64,000 nt of DNA, taken from Clostridia bacterium (GTDB lineage: Bacteria; Bacillota; Clostridia; Monoglobales; Monoglobaceae). Every line of letters begins with the position of its first letter. Within the stretch, counting starts at the first letter, position 1. The notes under the pieces are model-generated. The model had not been told where the DNA came from, searched no databases, and saw only the letters and a list, made by a program, of their open reading frames with translations. The position numbers and the translations under genes are program-made. Where the stretch lies: NCBI GenBank assembly GCA_017409575.1, contig JAFQSM010000099.1, positions 14,987 through 78,986 on the forward strand, given 5' to 3'. Positions 42,506-51,986 of the stretch are shown here, piece by piece.

Positions 42506-43081
42506 TTAATCCCCGATTGGCTCTACAATATGCACAGGAATTGTCCTTTCTGCATCAGAAAAACTTTCAAGGTTTGTACCTCTGTCAGCATACTCCATTG
42601 CAGAATTTACATAAGCCGAACTGTTTTCTGTCATTCTTCCCACCTGTCTCAGTTCTGCTTCAAAACGCCTGATTGCTTCAAGCGAGCTTTCGCGCATACG
42701 TTCGACATCGCTTCGGATTTGCTCAATTTTTTTGTTTTCGTTCATATAATAATTTTTGACAGCCTTGCGCTTGATTTCTATCTCGCGGTTTACAAGTTCT
42801 TTTTTCTCGCGTGCATCGTTTTCGGCCCTGGTCAAAATTTCCTCTGCCTCTTCGCGAGCCGAATCAACCATTTTTTTGGCATTTGCCTCGGCTGTCTGGA
42901 GAACACTTATTATAGCTTCGCGATTCTTTTCGAGGTCTGTTATGCGGTCCTTAAGTTCGGTTATTTCCTTTTCTTTTTCCACAATCCTTGCCTCTGCCTT
43001 TTCGTCAAGCTCACAGATATAGTCAAATACATCTGACTTCTTAAATCCAAAAAGACGGCTTCTCAATTTTTTACCAGCCAT
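42506..43081 (-). CDS. DivIVA domain-containing coiled-coil protein
   Basis: 191 aa. N-terminal FGFKKSDVFDYICELDEK DivIVA-type motif followed by a long coiled coil. Confidence 0.7.
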   Translation of the reverse strand: MAGKKLRSRLFGFKKSDVFDYICELDEKAEARIVEKEKEITELKDRITDLEKNREAIISVLQTAEANAKKMVDSAREEAEEILTRAENDAREKKELVNREIEIKRKAVKNYYMNENKKIEQIRSDVERMRESSLEAIRRFEAELRQVGRMTENSSAYVNSAMEYADRGTNLESFSDAERTIPVHIVEPIGD

Positions 43082-43227
43082 AATTCACGCCTCCAAAAAA
43101 TAATATCACAATTATATAATATTATATATGTTTTTTTGTCGTTAGTCAACTGTTTTTGTCAAAATCATCCCAAACTTTCAACCTTTTGTGCTGCGCCCCA
43201 TATACTCTTTAACAAAGGAGTGTTTTT

Positions 43228-43617
43228 ATGCTGTATGTATTTTTGTTTTTGTCAACTTTCTTTTTCATTTCTTATATACTCAAATTATTCCTTTCGTGCC
43301 AATCCGGGTGCAGAAAAAAAATAACGCCCTTTTATACAATCATAACCGTCAAAAACAACGAAGATTGCATAGAGGGCATTGTTTGCAGTATAATCAAGGC
43401 TTTTGAAAAAAGTACAGGATTTTCCTGTTGTCAGATAATATTAGTTGATATAAATTCCTCGGATTCCACTTATCTTATTGCCGAAAGACTTGCCAAAAGA
43501 TATCCTTTTGTAACGCTTTTAAATTTTGAAGAACTTAAAGCTTTAAATAAGCATAGCGAGAACAAGAGCACCTGTGACATTTCCATCTTCAACATAGGCA
43601 CCGAAAATAATTGTTGA
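43228..43617 (+). CDS. Hypothetical membrane-anchored protein with a short GT-A-like segment
   Basis: 129 aa. N-terminal TM helix, then TIITVKNNEDCIEGIV...IILVDINSSDSTYLIAERLAKRYP, which resembles only the first ~70 residues of family-2 glycosyltransferases. Confidence 0.4.
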   Translation: MLYVFLFLSTFFFISYILKLFLSCQSGCRKKITPFYTIITVKNNEDCIEGIVCSIIKAFEKSTGFSCCQIILVDINSSDSTYLIAERLAKRYPFVTLLNFEELKALNKHSENKSTCDISIFNIGTENNC

Positions 43618-43671
43618 CACGATAAACACAAACTTCAAAAATCTTTTTCCATTAAATCTCACTTTTTTCAT
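43543..43671 (-). CDS. Candidate 42-aa single-pass membrane peptide divergent from the LexA-like repressor
   Basis: MKKVRFNGKRFLKFVFIVSTIIFGAYVEDGNVTGALVLAMLI. AAAGGA Shine-Dalgarno ~8 nt upstream. It has its own TTGACA-17-TATTAT promoter and an operator-like inverted repeat. This is the internal start of the 90-aa track ORF. Confidence 0.35.
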   Translation of the reverse strand: MKKVRFNGKRFLKFVFIVSTIIFGAYVEDGNVTGALVLAMLI

Positions 43672-43703
43672 AATTATTTTCCTTTCAACAATTTTGTTTA
43701 TTT

Positions 43704-43720
43704 CGAAACTTTTCGTTTCG
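43704..43720. promoter_or_regulatory. Perfect inverted repeat CGAAAC-N5-GTTTCG (candidate repressor operator)
   Basis: Lies between the small-peptide promoter and its Shine-Dalgarno. The 12-mer TTCGAAACTTTT (43702-43713) recurs at 43796-43807, next to the -35 of the repressor gene promoter. Confidence 0.45.
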
Positions 43721-43740
43721 TTATTCTTAACTTTTTTATC

Positions 43741-43769
43741 ATAATAGCACGCTTTTGTTTCGTTGTCAA
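43741..43769 (-). promoter_or_regulatory. Candidate promoter for the 42-aa peptide gene
   Basis: Minus strand: TTGACA (43769-43764), 17-nt spacer, TATTAT (43746-43741). Confidence 0.45.
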
Positions 43770-43809
43770 CAACTTTTTTAAAAATTTTTATGAAATTCGA
43801 AACTTTTTC

Positions 43810-43838
43810 TTGCAATTTCGGAAAAAATGTGTTAGAAT
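43810..43838 (+). promoter_or_regulatory. Candidate promoter for the XRE/S24 repressor gene
   Basis: TTGCAA, 17-nt spacer, TAGAAT. Confidence 0.5.
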
Positions 43839-43880
43839 GAGTATAGAAATAAAAGCAAAATCATTCAGGGAGTGATAAAA

Positions 43881-44537
43881 ATGTATAATTTCGGTGATAA
43901 GTTAAAAGAGTGCCGCAGGGCAAAAAATATGACGCTTGAAGAACTTGCCCTCAAATACAACCGTCGTTTTGACGGAGGTCTCAGCAAGGGTACACTTTCG
44001 AAATACGAAAACAACAAGCAAGAACCTCTTGTAAGTGTCGTTCACAACCTGACCGAAATACTTGACATATCCTCTGACTATCTTTTGGGCCGTTCTGACA
44101 ATCCAAACATAAACGACGCTGCACCTGACAACTTTTCAAACGACAATGTGTACAACATTCCTGTTTTTGACAGCGTTTCGGCAGGCTTTGGCAGACTTGC
44201 CGACAGTACCCCAAAGGATTTTGTGCCAACATTTTTGCCGTTTGGTGCCCAGCCTGATGAATATGTACGTATAAATGTTTCGGGCGACAGCATGTCACCA
44301 CTGATTGATGACGGAAGTCAAATTCTTGTAAGAATTCAACCAAATGTAGAAAACGGGACCATTGCAGTGGTTATGCTTGACAATGAAGAAGCCTTTGTCA
44401 AAAAAATAAACTACGGTATGAATTATATCGAGCTTGAATCCATAAACCCCTACTACCCTCTTAAGCGATTTGAGGACTCTGAGGTTTCACGAATTACCAT
44501 ATTGGGCGCAGTTAAAGAAGTTACAAAGTATTTGTAA
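43881..44537 (+). CDS. LexA-like self-cleaving repressor: XRE-type HTH fused to an S24 peptidase domain
   Basis: Start at MYNFGDKLKECRRAKNMTLEELA (HTH_3). Probable cleavage site SAGFG. Catalytic Ser in VSGDSMSP and Lys in AFVKK. Confidence 0.8.
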   Translation: MYNFGDKLKECRRAKNMTLEELALKYNRRFDGGLSKGTLSKYENNKQEPLVSVVHNLTEILDISSDYLLGRSDNPNINDAAPDNFSNDNVYNIPVFDSVSAGFGRLADSTPKDFVPTFLPFGAQPDEYVRINVSGDSMSPLIDDGSQILVRIQPNVENGTIAVVMLDNEEAFVKKINYGMNYIELESINPYYPLKRFEDSEVSRITILGAVKEVTKYL

Positions 44538-44540
44538 TAC

Positions 44541-44573
44541 AAAAAAAGGTCTGCAGATGCAGACCTTTTTTTA
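44541..44573. terminator. Bidirectional terminator shared by the repressor gene (+) and hpf (-)
   Basis: AAAAA-AAGGTCTGCA-ga-TGCAGACCTT-TTTTT. Confidence 0.85.
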
Positions 44574-44579
44574 TTTTGA

Positions 44580-45116
44580 TTATTCTGTTTCAATCAATCC
44601 ATAATTCCCGTCTTTTCTGCGATATACAATACTGCTTTTCTTTGTATCGGGACTTTGGAATATATAAAAATCATGACCAAGCATATTCATTTGCAAAACA
44701 GCCTCTTCTGCCGTCATCGGCTTGGACTCGATTTTCTTTGTTTTTATAATCTTAAACTCTGAGCTATCCTCTTCGACAGGCTCTGAATTTTCGATTATTG
44801 ATGAATATTGTTCGATTGCCGATTGATGCAGATGTTTTGCAAGTTTTGTTTTGTGTTTTCTTATCTGTCTGTCAAGGATTGACAAGCATTCGTCAGCAGC
44901 GGCAATCAAATCCCGGTTGTGAGCCTCTGCCCTGAGGATAAATCCTTTGTTAAAGATTGTAACTTCCATAACAATCTCGGACTTTTGCTCCGAAACAAGA
45001 ACTTTGCACTCAATGTCCTGGTCAAAGAACTTGTCAAGCTTTTTAAGCTTTGCGAGAAGTTTTTCCTTGCGGCTGTCGGATAAGTCAACTTTTCTTTGAA
45101 TAACATTGTACTTCAT
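44580..45116 (-). CDS. hpf: Ribosome hibernation promoting factor (long HPF)
   Basis: Start trimmed to MKYNVIQRKVDLSDSRKEKL after GGAGGCAAG. C-terminal dimerisation domain (KPMTAEEAVLQMNMLGHDFYIF). Confidence 0.9.
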   Translation of the reverse strand: MKYNVIQRKVDLSDSRKEKLLAKLKKLDKFFDQDIECKVLVSEQKSEIVMEVTIFNKGFILRAEAHNRDLIAAADECLSILDRQIRKHKTKLAKHLHQSAIEQYSSIIENSEPVEEDSSEFKIIKTKKIESKPMTAEEAVLQMNMLGHDFYIFQSPDTKKSSIVYRRKDGNYGLIETE

Positions 45117-45179
45117 ACACTTGCCTCCGTTCGAACTTAAATTGCATCCGGACAAACCAAATTGCCCTTCTGTACTTTA

Positions 45180-45208
45180 ATTATACATCAATTTGGTTAA
45201 AATTGCAA
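45180..45208 (-). promoter_or_regulatory. Candidate hpf promoter
   Basis: Minus strand: TTGCAA, 17-nt spacer, TATAAT. Confidence 0.5.
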
Positions 45209-45474
45209 GTATTTTGTACTTATCGGTTTTATTCCCAATCACCTGTCTTCCATCCTGCTTTTGCACGTCTTACAAAACTTTCGTCATCCTTAAACAGCTT
45301 GTAAGCGTGAGCTGTAAGCTCGCTTGTCAGTCATAGTGATGCTTTGCCGATTTACTATTGGTCTGTCGCCACACACCACATTTTGCTATCATTATCCCTC
45401 AGTCTGCATAAGATATATGAATGTCTGTTTCAAGCAAAGATCCAAATTTAACAGACTGGTCAAAGGCTCTTTCA

Positions 45475-46641
45475 TCAATCATAAATAAAATCAATGTTTA
45501 TAACAGCATTAAACCGAGGGTCCTCCTCCTTTATTTTTTTTGAAATAAGTTTTTTTGCTGTATCAATATCACCAAAATCTGCCGGGACTTCTATGTCAAA
45601 AATAAGGTTTATCGCATTTTCACCATTTGTCATTCTGAAGTCATGTATTCCCATCCGCTTATCTATACCCTCAACAATCTCTTTTACGAGTTTTCGTGCG
45701 TTTGCCGTTTCCTCGCAATTTGCCGAAATGGGGTCCATATGCACAACTATCCGAATACCCAAATCAGTCTCAATCAATTTTTCCAGATTGTCAATTTCTT
45801 CATGCATTTTTACAATATCGCAATCAGCCAAGACCTCGACATGAAGAGATGCTATCTGCCGTCCCGGGCCATAGTCATGAACAATCAAATCATGAACACC
45901 GGTAACGCCCGGAGTCTTCAGGGCATAGTCGCGTATCGCAAGCACAGTTTCTTTTTGGGGTGGAGTCCCAAGCAAAAGTCCTGTGGTATCAACGGTTATT
46001 TTTATGCCCGAATACATTATCACAAGCGAAATGATTGTGCCTACAGCTCCATCCAGCCAGTCAGCCCCCAAAAGCTTACCCAGAACCGTACTCAAAATAA
46101 TTCCGGTTGTAGCAATTGCATCATTTGCGCTGTCCCTTGATGCCGCCAGAAGAACTGCCGAATTTATTCTCTTACCCAGAAATTTGTTGTAACTGTACAT
46201 CCAAAGTTTGATGGGGATGGATATACACAAAACGACCAGCAAAATGGGGTTTAGCAAAATCTTTTCGGGTGCAAAAATTTTTGTCACCGAGGATTTTAGC
46301 AATTCAAACCCCACAAGCATAATTATAAACGAAACTATAAGCGAAAAAACATATTCTATTCTGCCGTGCCCAAAAGGGTGCTCTTTGTCCGGCTTTTTAG
46401 CACTGAGTTTTGCACCTGCAATCGAAATCACGGATGTTCCCATATCGGACAGATTGTTAAATGCATCCGAAACAATTGCAATGCTCGAAACGGATATTCC
46501 AACCAGCAGTTTCAGCAAAAAAAGAACTATGTTGCATATTATTCCTAAGACACCTGCAAATACAGAGTATTCTGCACGCATCTGCAAGGCTTCTTTGGTG
46601 TCAATATCTTTAAGAAAAGTCTTCAGCAACAGTTTAGTCAT
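45475..46641 (-). CDS. Cation diffusion facilitator (CDF) family transporter
   Basis: 388 aa, 6 TM helices plus a cytoplasmic C-terminal domain. AIVSDAFNNLSDMGTS and HPFGHGRIEY motifs. Confidence 0.85.
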   Translation of the reverse strand: MTKLLLKTFLKDIDTKEALQMRAEYSVFAGVLGIICNIVLFLLKLLVGISVSSIAIVSDAFNNLSDMGTSVISIAGAKLSAKKPDKEHPFGHGRIEYVFSLIVSFIIMLVGFELLKSSVTKIFAPEKILLNPILLVVLCISIPIKLWMYSYNKFLGKRINSAVLLAASRDSANDAIATTGIILSTVLGKLLGADWLDGAVGTIISLVIMYSGIKITVDTTGLLLGTPPQKETVLAIRDYALKTPGVTGVHDLIVHDYGPGRQIASLHVEVLADCDIVKMHEEIDNLEKLIETDLGIRIVVHMDPISANCEETANARKLVKEIVEGIDKRMGIHDFRMTNGENAINLIFDIEVPADFGDIDTAKKLISKKIKEEDPRFNAVINIDFIYD

Positions 46642-46694
46642 AAAACGAACATTCCTCCTTTATAAGAGAATATTCCACACAGCTTGTTTTTGTT

Positions 46695-49600
46695 TCAGAC
46701 AAATTTTGCACAAGTTTCGCCCAAAATAGTTTTAAGTTCCTTTATATCATCTTCGCCGGATACCCACATACTTTTGGGCGCCTGCACCGATTTTTTTGTA
46801 TCCTCATAATAAATTATCACCGGGATATTGCCATTTTTGTTCTTGAGCAATTCTTTGACCGTTTCAAACTTCTCTTCATCTTTTGAATTAAGCTTTAGAT
46901 AAAGTTTGCTGATCTTAGGGGCAGCCTGTGCCAAAGGCATAATACTTTCAAGTCGTATTTTTGTAGGTTTTTCTTCCTGAACATCAAGGTTTCCGGTCAA
47001 AAGGCATATACTTTCCTCATTAAGATACTGTCCAAATCTTTTTACCTGACTTGGGAACACAATAACTTCTATTTCGCCGCTCATATCCTCAAATGTCAGA
47101 TAAAGCATAAGCTCGCCACGCTTTGTCAGTTGTTCGCGTCTTTTTGAAATCATACCGCCAAGACTTACCTTAAGGTCCGACACATACTGACCGTTTTCGT
47201 TTTCACTTATATCGAGTACAGTTGTGCTTGATACTCTAGCAATCAAGTCCTCCATTCCATCAAGCGGATGACCCGAAACATAAGTTCCCAGATATTCCTT
47301 TTCCATATTCAAAACTTCGCGTTTTTCAAGCTCAGGAATTTTTTCAAAGCTATCCTCCAGCATATTTGAAGATTCGTCTTCGAACATAGAGAAAAAGTCC
47401 AGCTGACCCGAAACCGCATTTTTCTGGTCTTTTACAGCAGAATCAATAATGCGCTCGTAAACGCTCATCAGTGTTGCTCTTGTGAGATTCAGGCTGTCAA
47501 AAACGCCACTTTTCAGCATAGACTCAACAAGTCGTTTGTTAAGTTTTTTGTCTGCCATACGATTGCAAAATTCGGTAAACGACAAAAACTCGCCGTTTTG
47601 TCTGCGTTCCTCTGCCATATCGTCAATAAACGCGGCTCCCACATTCTTTATTGCCGCAAGCCCAAATCTTATGTTTTTGCCATCAGGAACAAAACTTGAA
47701 AAGCTCTTGTTAATGTCAGGCGGCAAAAGACGGATACCCTGTTTTTTTGCCGAATTTATATACTTTGTAACTTTTGTAGCCTGTCCCAGAACACTTGTAA
47801 GGGTTGCCGCATAAAACTCGGTCGGATAGTGGCATTTAAGCCATGCTGTCTGATATGACACAAAAGCATATGCTGCTGCATGCGACTTATTGAAAGCATA
47901 TTTGGCAAAATCCATCATTTCGTCAAATATAGAGATTGCAGTCTTTTCGTCAATTCCACGGCTCATTGCGCCCTCTACCTGCACATTCCCGTCCTCGTCT
48001 TTGATTCCATATACAAAGTTCTTTCGTTCCTGCTCCATAACCTCGGTCTTTTTCTTTGACATAGCTCGTCTTACCAAATCGGCTCTGCCCAAGGAATATC
48101 CGCCAAGCTCACGCACAATCTGCATAACCTGCTCCTGATAAACTATACAGCCATAGGTTACATTAAGAATATTTTCAAGAAGCGGGTGCTTGTATTCAAT
48201 TTTTCCGCTGTTTTTATTTGCAATATACTGTGGAATTGAATCCATTGGTCCCGGTCTGTAAAGTGAAATTCCTGCTATTATATCTTCAATAGACGACGGC
48301 TTCAGTTCTTTCATAAACTCTTTCATTCCTGCACTTTCAAGCTGGAACACGCCATCGGTATCGCCCTGAGAAATCATCCTGTATGTATCAGGGTCGTTCA
48401 TATCTATACTGTCCATATCAATACTTATGCCGTGAGTCTTTTTTATGTTATCAACTGCATCACGAATTACGGTAAGGGTTCTGAGTCCCAAAAAGTCCAT
48501 CTTAAGAAGCCCCAATCTCTCGATTGTGGTCATGGTGAACTGTGTTGTTATTACATCGTCGTTTCGCGAAAGCGGAACATATTTTTGTACCGGCTCGCGA
48601 GTGATTACCACACCTGCCGCATGGGTCGAGGTATGGCGAGGAAGGCCCTCAAGTTCTGACGAAACATCAATAAGCCGTTTTACCTGTGGGTCGGATTCAT
48701 ACATAGCTTTAAGCTGGTTGTTGCTCTCAAGAGCTTTTTCGATTGTGATGCTAAGCTCGTTTGGGATTTGTTTTGCAACACCATCAACAAATCCGTACGG
48801 CATATCAAGTGCCCTGCCTGTATCACGGATTGCAAGCTTTGCCGCCATTGTACCAAAGGTAACAATCTGCGCCACCTTATCGGCTCCGTACTTTTGATTT
48901 ACATAGTCAATAACCTCGCCCCGACGCTCGTAACAAAAGTCGATATCAATATCAGGCATGGTCACACGCTCGGGGTTCAGAAATCTTTCAAAAATCAAAT
49001 CATATTTAATCGGGTCTATGTTTGTAATTTCAAGACAATAAGAAACAAGACTGCCTGCTGCACTTCCTCTGCCGGGTCCGACCATTATTTTGTTTTCGCG
49101 TGCGAATCGTATAAAGTCCCACACTATCAAAAAGTAATCGACATATCCCATCTTTTCGATTGTCTGAAGTTCGTAAGCAAGTCGGGATTTAAGCTCGTCA
49201 TCCGCATCAGGATAGCGTTTTTCAAGGCCTTTTTTGCAAAGCTCGGTCAGATATTCATATGAAGTATAACCATCCGGCAAATCAAACTTAGGCAAATGCA
49301 GTTTGCCAAATTCAATTTCCACATTACACATTTCGGCTATTCGCTGTGTGTTTTCAAGTGCTTCGGGGATGTACGAAAACAGCTCGTTCATTTCTGATTC
49401 TGATTTGACATACATCTGGTCCGATGACATCTTCATTCTGTCCTCATCATATATAGTCTTTCCCATCTGGATACACATAAGAACATCCTGAAACTCCGCA
49501 TCTGACTGTTTGACATAGTGTATGTCGTTTGTCGCAACTATGCCCAGATCAAGTTCCCTTGCAAGCTTTATGAGCTCGCGATTGAGCATTTTTTGTTCGT

Positions 49601-50138
49601 ATATCCCGTGGTCCTGAATTTCGATAAAATAGTTTTCTTTGCCAAAAATTCCGGCAAATTCAATCGCAGCGGACTTTGCTTCATCATAAGCCCCCGCAAG
49701 AATCTTTTTGGAAAGTACCCCCGACATACACGCACTGAGGGCAATCAAACCCTCGCTGTTTTCGCGCAGTGTCTCAATATCTATTCGGGGTCTGTAGTAA
49801 AAACCCTCGACATAACCGATTGAAACAATATTCATCAGATTTTTGTAACCTTCGTTGTTTTTTGCAAGCAAAATAAGATGCGAGCTTGACGAATCGAATT
49901 CGTGAATTTTGTCTTTGCGACCGCGTGCCGCAACATACACTTCGCATCCAAGTACAGGTTTTATGCCTATGCTTTTTGCATACTCATAAAAATCAATCAC
50001 ACCAAACATACAGCCATGGTCGGTAATCGCCATTGCTGTTTGTCCAAGTTCCTTTGCTTTGTCCAAAATCTTTTTTACAGTCCCTTCGCCATCCAAAAGG
50101 CTGTACGCTGTATGAGTATGCAGATGAGCAAATGCCAC
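46695..50138 (-). CDS. dnaE: DNA polymerase III alpha subunit DnaE
   Basis: The ORF track starts at a TTG at 50171. I prefer the GTG at 50138 (MAFAHLHTHTAYSLLDG, PHP domain) preceded by GGAAGAAGG. The start is uncertain. Confidence 0.9.
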   Translation of the reverse strand: MAFAHLHTHTAYSLLDGEGTVKKILDKAKELGQTAMAITDHGCMFGVIDFYEYAKSIGIKPVLGCEVYVAARGRKDKIHEFDSSSSHLILLAKNNEGYKNLMNIVSIGYVEGFYYRPRIDIETLRENSEGLIALSACMSGVLSKKILAGAYDEAKSAAIEFAGIFGKENYFIEIQDHGIYEQKMLNRELIKLARELDLGIVATNDIHYVKQSDAEFQDVLMCIQMGKTIYDEDRMKMSSDQMYVKSESEMNELFSYIPEALENTQRIAEMCNVEIEFGKLHLPKFDLPDGYTSYEYLTELCKKGLEKRYPDADDELKSRLAYELQTIEKMGYVDYFLIVWDFIRFARENKIMVGPGRGSAAGSLVSYCLEITNIDPIKYDLIFERFLNPERVTMPDIDIDFCYERRGEVIDYVNQKYGADKVAQIVTFGTMAAKLAIRDTGRALDMPYGFVDGVAKQIPNELSITIEKALESNNQLKAMYESDPQVKRLIDVSSELEGLPRHTSTHAAGVVITREPVQKYVPLSRNDDVITTQFTMTTIERLGLLKMDFLGLRTLTVIRDAVDNIKKTHGISIDMDSIDMNDPDTYRMISQGDTDGVFQLESAGMKEFMKELKPSSIEDIIAGISLYRPGPMDSIPQYIANKNSGKIEYKHPLLENILNVTYGCIVYQEQVMQIVRELGGYSLGRADLVRRAMSKKKTEVMEQERKNFVYGIKDEDGNVQVEGAMSRGIDEKTAISIFDEMMDFAKYAFNKSHAAAYAFVSYQTAWLKCHYPTEFYAATLTSVLGQATKVTKYINSAKKQGIRLLPPDINKSFSSFVPDGKNIRFGLAAIKNVGAAFIDDMAEERRQNGEFLSFTEFCNRMADKKLNKRLVESMLKSGVFDSLNLTRATLMSVYERIIDSAVKDQKNAVSGQLDFFSMFEDESSNMLEDSFEKIPELEKREVLNMEKEYLGTYVSGHPLDGMEDLIARVSSTTVLDISENENGQYVSDLKVSLGGMISKRREQLTKRGELMLYLTFEDMSGEIEVIVFPSQVKRFGQYLNEESICLLTGNLDVQEEKPTKIRLESIMPLAQAAPKISKLYLKLNSKDEEKFETVKELLKNKNGNIPVIIYYEDTKKSVQAPKSMWVSGEDDIKELKTILGETCAKFV

Positions 50139-50178
50139 TTTCCTTACCTTCTTCCTATGTAAAAAATTCAACCTGTCA

Positions 50179-51057
50179 TCAAAGCTTATTTTCGGCTATA
50201 TCCAAAATCTTTTTAATGCGGTGATTAACCCCGGATTTTGTCAAACGGGGGACCATCTTTTCGCCCAAAGCTTCAAGACTCAAATCTTTGTTTTCTTTTC
50301 TTAAAACTGCAACTGCTCTCAGTTCATCAGGCAAACTGTCAAGGCCTATTGTTTTTTCAATTTTCTCGATTGCCTGTATCTGTCTTATAGCAGCGGTTAT
50401 AACCTTGTCAAAGTTTGCATTTTCGCTGTTTGCGACCCTGTTCCAGTCATTGCGCATCTCACGCTCGATTTTGACATTCAAAATTTCCATTTGTGCCGCA
50501 TATGCCCCTATGCTTGTAAGCAAATCACAAATGGTGTCGCTTTGCTTGGAGTATAAAACAAGGCTGCTTTTTCGTTTTGCCGATTTAAACTCAAAGCCCA
50601 TTTCGGCAAGCAATTCGCCAAAGTCCCGGACTACATTCGGACTTGAAGTTATAAACTCCATATTATAATTCTTCTTCGGGTCGATTAAAACCCCACCGCC
50701 CAAAACTGCTCCTTTCAAAAGAGCGTTCTTGCAGCAATCGTTGTTTGCAAAAAGGTCCGAAAGCTTTTCTGTTGATGATTCGTACCTGATAATCATATCA
50801 ATCAGCTTTTTGTGCGGAAGAACACAAAAGTATCCGTTTTTTGCAGATTTAACCTCGACCGGCGAGCCGGTACTCCGCTTAACAAGCACCGCAAAATGTT
50901 TCAATATTTCGGCACTTTCCGAGCTCACCCTTATACCACCGTTGTCAATCCGTCCTGCAAAAAGCAAAACACCCATAATTTCGGCATCTATGCAACATGA
51001 TTTGTTTGGAAAAGTTTTGCAAATCGATTCTTTTGTTTTTAAAGAAAATGATTTCAC
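50179..51057 (-). CDS. whiA: DNA-binding sporulation/cell-division regulator WhiA
   Basis: LAGLIDADG-like middle domain and C-terminal HTH (SLEALGEKMVPRLTKSGVNHRIKKI). The track start is a GTG at 51066. The GTG at 51057 (MKSFSLKTKE) has better Shine-Dalgarno spacing. Confidence 0.85.
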   Translation of the reverse strand: MKSFSLKTKESICKTFPNKSCCIDAEIMGVLLFAGRIDNGGIRVSSESAEILKHFAVLVKRSTGSPVEVKSAKNGYFCVLPHKKLIDMIIRYESSTEKLSDLFANNDCCKNALLKGAVLGGGVLIDPKKNYNMEFITSSPNVVRDFGELLAEMGFEFKSAKRKSSLVLYSKQSDTICDLLTSIGAYAAQMEILNVKIEREMRNDWNRVANSENANFDKVITAAIRQIQAIEKIEKTIGLDSLPDELRAVAVLRKENKDLSLEALGEKMVPRLTKSGVNHRIKKILDIAENKL

Positions 51058-51086
51058 GCTGCACACCGCCTTTCTTTTTTCAATTC

Positions 51087-51986
51087 CTAAAACTCGCCGA
51101 CAAACTTTATCTCGGTTTCAAGTTTTACTCCGTTCTTCTCATACACAGTTTTTTGTATATGCTCAACCAAATCAAGTACATCCTTTGCAGTTGCATCCCC
51201 TTTGTTTATAATAAACCCGGCATGCTTTTCAGAAACCTGCGCTCCGCCTATTGAAAAGCCTTTAAGTCCCTCGCCCTCAATAAGAGCACCTGCAAAATAC
51301 CCCTCGGGTCTTTTGAATACACTCCCGGCACTTGGTTTTTCAACCGGTTGCTTGGTGACGCGCCTTTGGGTAAAGTCATTTATTCTCTCTCGTATTTGCT
51401 CTTTGTTGCCTTTTTTAAGTTCAAAAATACATCCCAGAACAATATACCCTTTTTCGGCAAAAATGCTTTTGCGGTATCCAAATTTGCAATCACTGCCTGA
51501 TATTTGTGATATATTCCCTTCGCTGTCCATATAGTCTACCGACTCCACTATATCTTTCAACTCGAAGCCATACGCGCCTGCATTCATATATATACCGCCG
51601 CCGATTGTGCCCGGAATGCCCGAAGCAAACTCAAAGCCCTCTAGTTCTGCCGAAAGGGCAGCCGATGCTACTGTCGACATAAGAGCGCCGCACCCTGCAT
51701 AAAGCTTTTCGCCATCAACCACGATCTTATTCATTTTTTTATAAAGAGACACCACAGCACCTCTTATACCTTTGTCTCCCACCAAAAGATTGGAACCGTT
51801 TCCCATAACAAAAAGAGGGATATTCTGTTCTTTTGCCACAGTCAAAATCTGTCGCAACTGCCCGTGTGTCTCGGGCATCAGAAACAAATCTGCCGGCCCA
51901 CCGATTTTAAAGCTTGTGTGTTTAGACATCGGCTCCGAAACAAGCACATTATCGGCGCCTAAAAAGCTTTTAAAAAGTTCATACAT
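51087..51986 (-). CDS. murB: UDP-N-acetylenolpyruvoylglucosamine reductase
   Basis: 299 aa, FAD-binding PMSKHTSFKIGGPADLF and GNGSNLL. Confidence 0.95.
   Translation of the reverse strand: MYELFKSFLGADNVLVSEPMSKHTSFKIGGPADLFLMPETHGQLRQILTVAKEQNIPLFVMGNGSNLLVGDKGIRGAVVSLYKKMNKIVVDGEKLYAGCGALMSTVASAALSAELEGFEFASGIPGTIGGGIYMNAGAYGFELKDIVESVDYMDSEGNISQISGSDCKFGYRKSIFAEKGYIVLGCIFELKKGNKEQIRERINDFTQRRVTKQPVEKPSAGSVFKRPEGYFAGALIEGEGLKGFSIGGAQVSEKHAGFIINKGDATAKDVLDLVEHIQKTVYEKNGVKLETEIKFVGEF

Noticed and set aside
42461-43036. 191-aa plus-strand ORF
   Set aside because: It is the mirror ORF antisense to the DivIVA-domain gene. Such ORFs are typical opposite coiled-coil genes in AT-rich DNA. It is Phe/Cys-rich and implausible as a protein.
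45494-46729. Several plus-strand ORFs (116-173 aa)
   Set aside because: All are antisense to the CDF transporter gene, and their composition is consistent with shadow ORFs.
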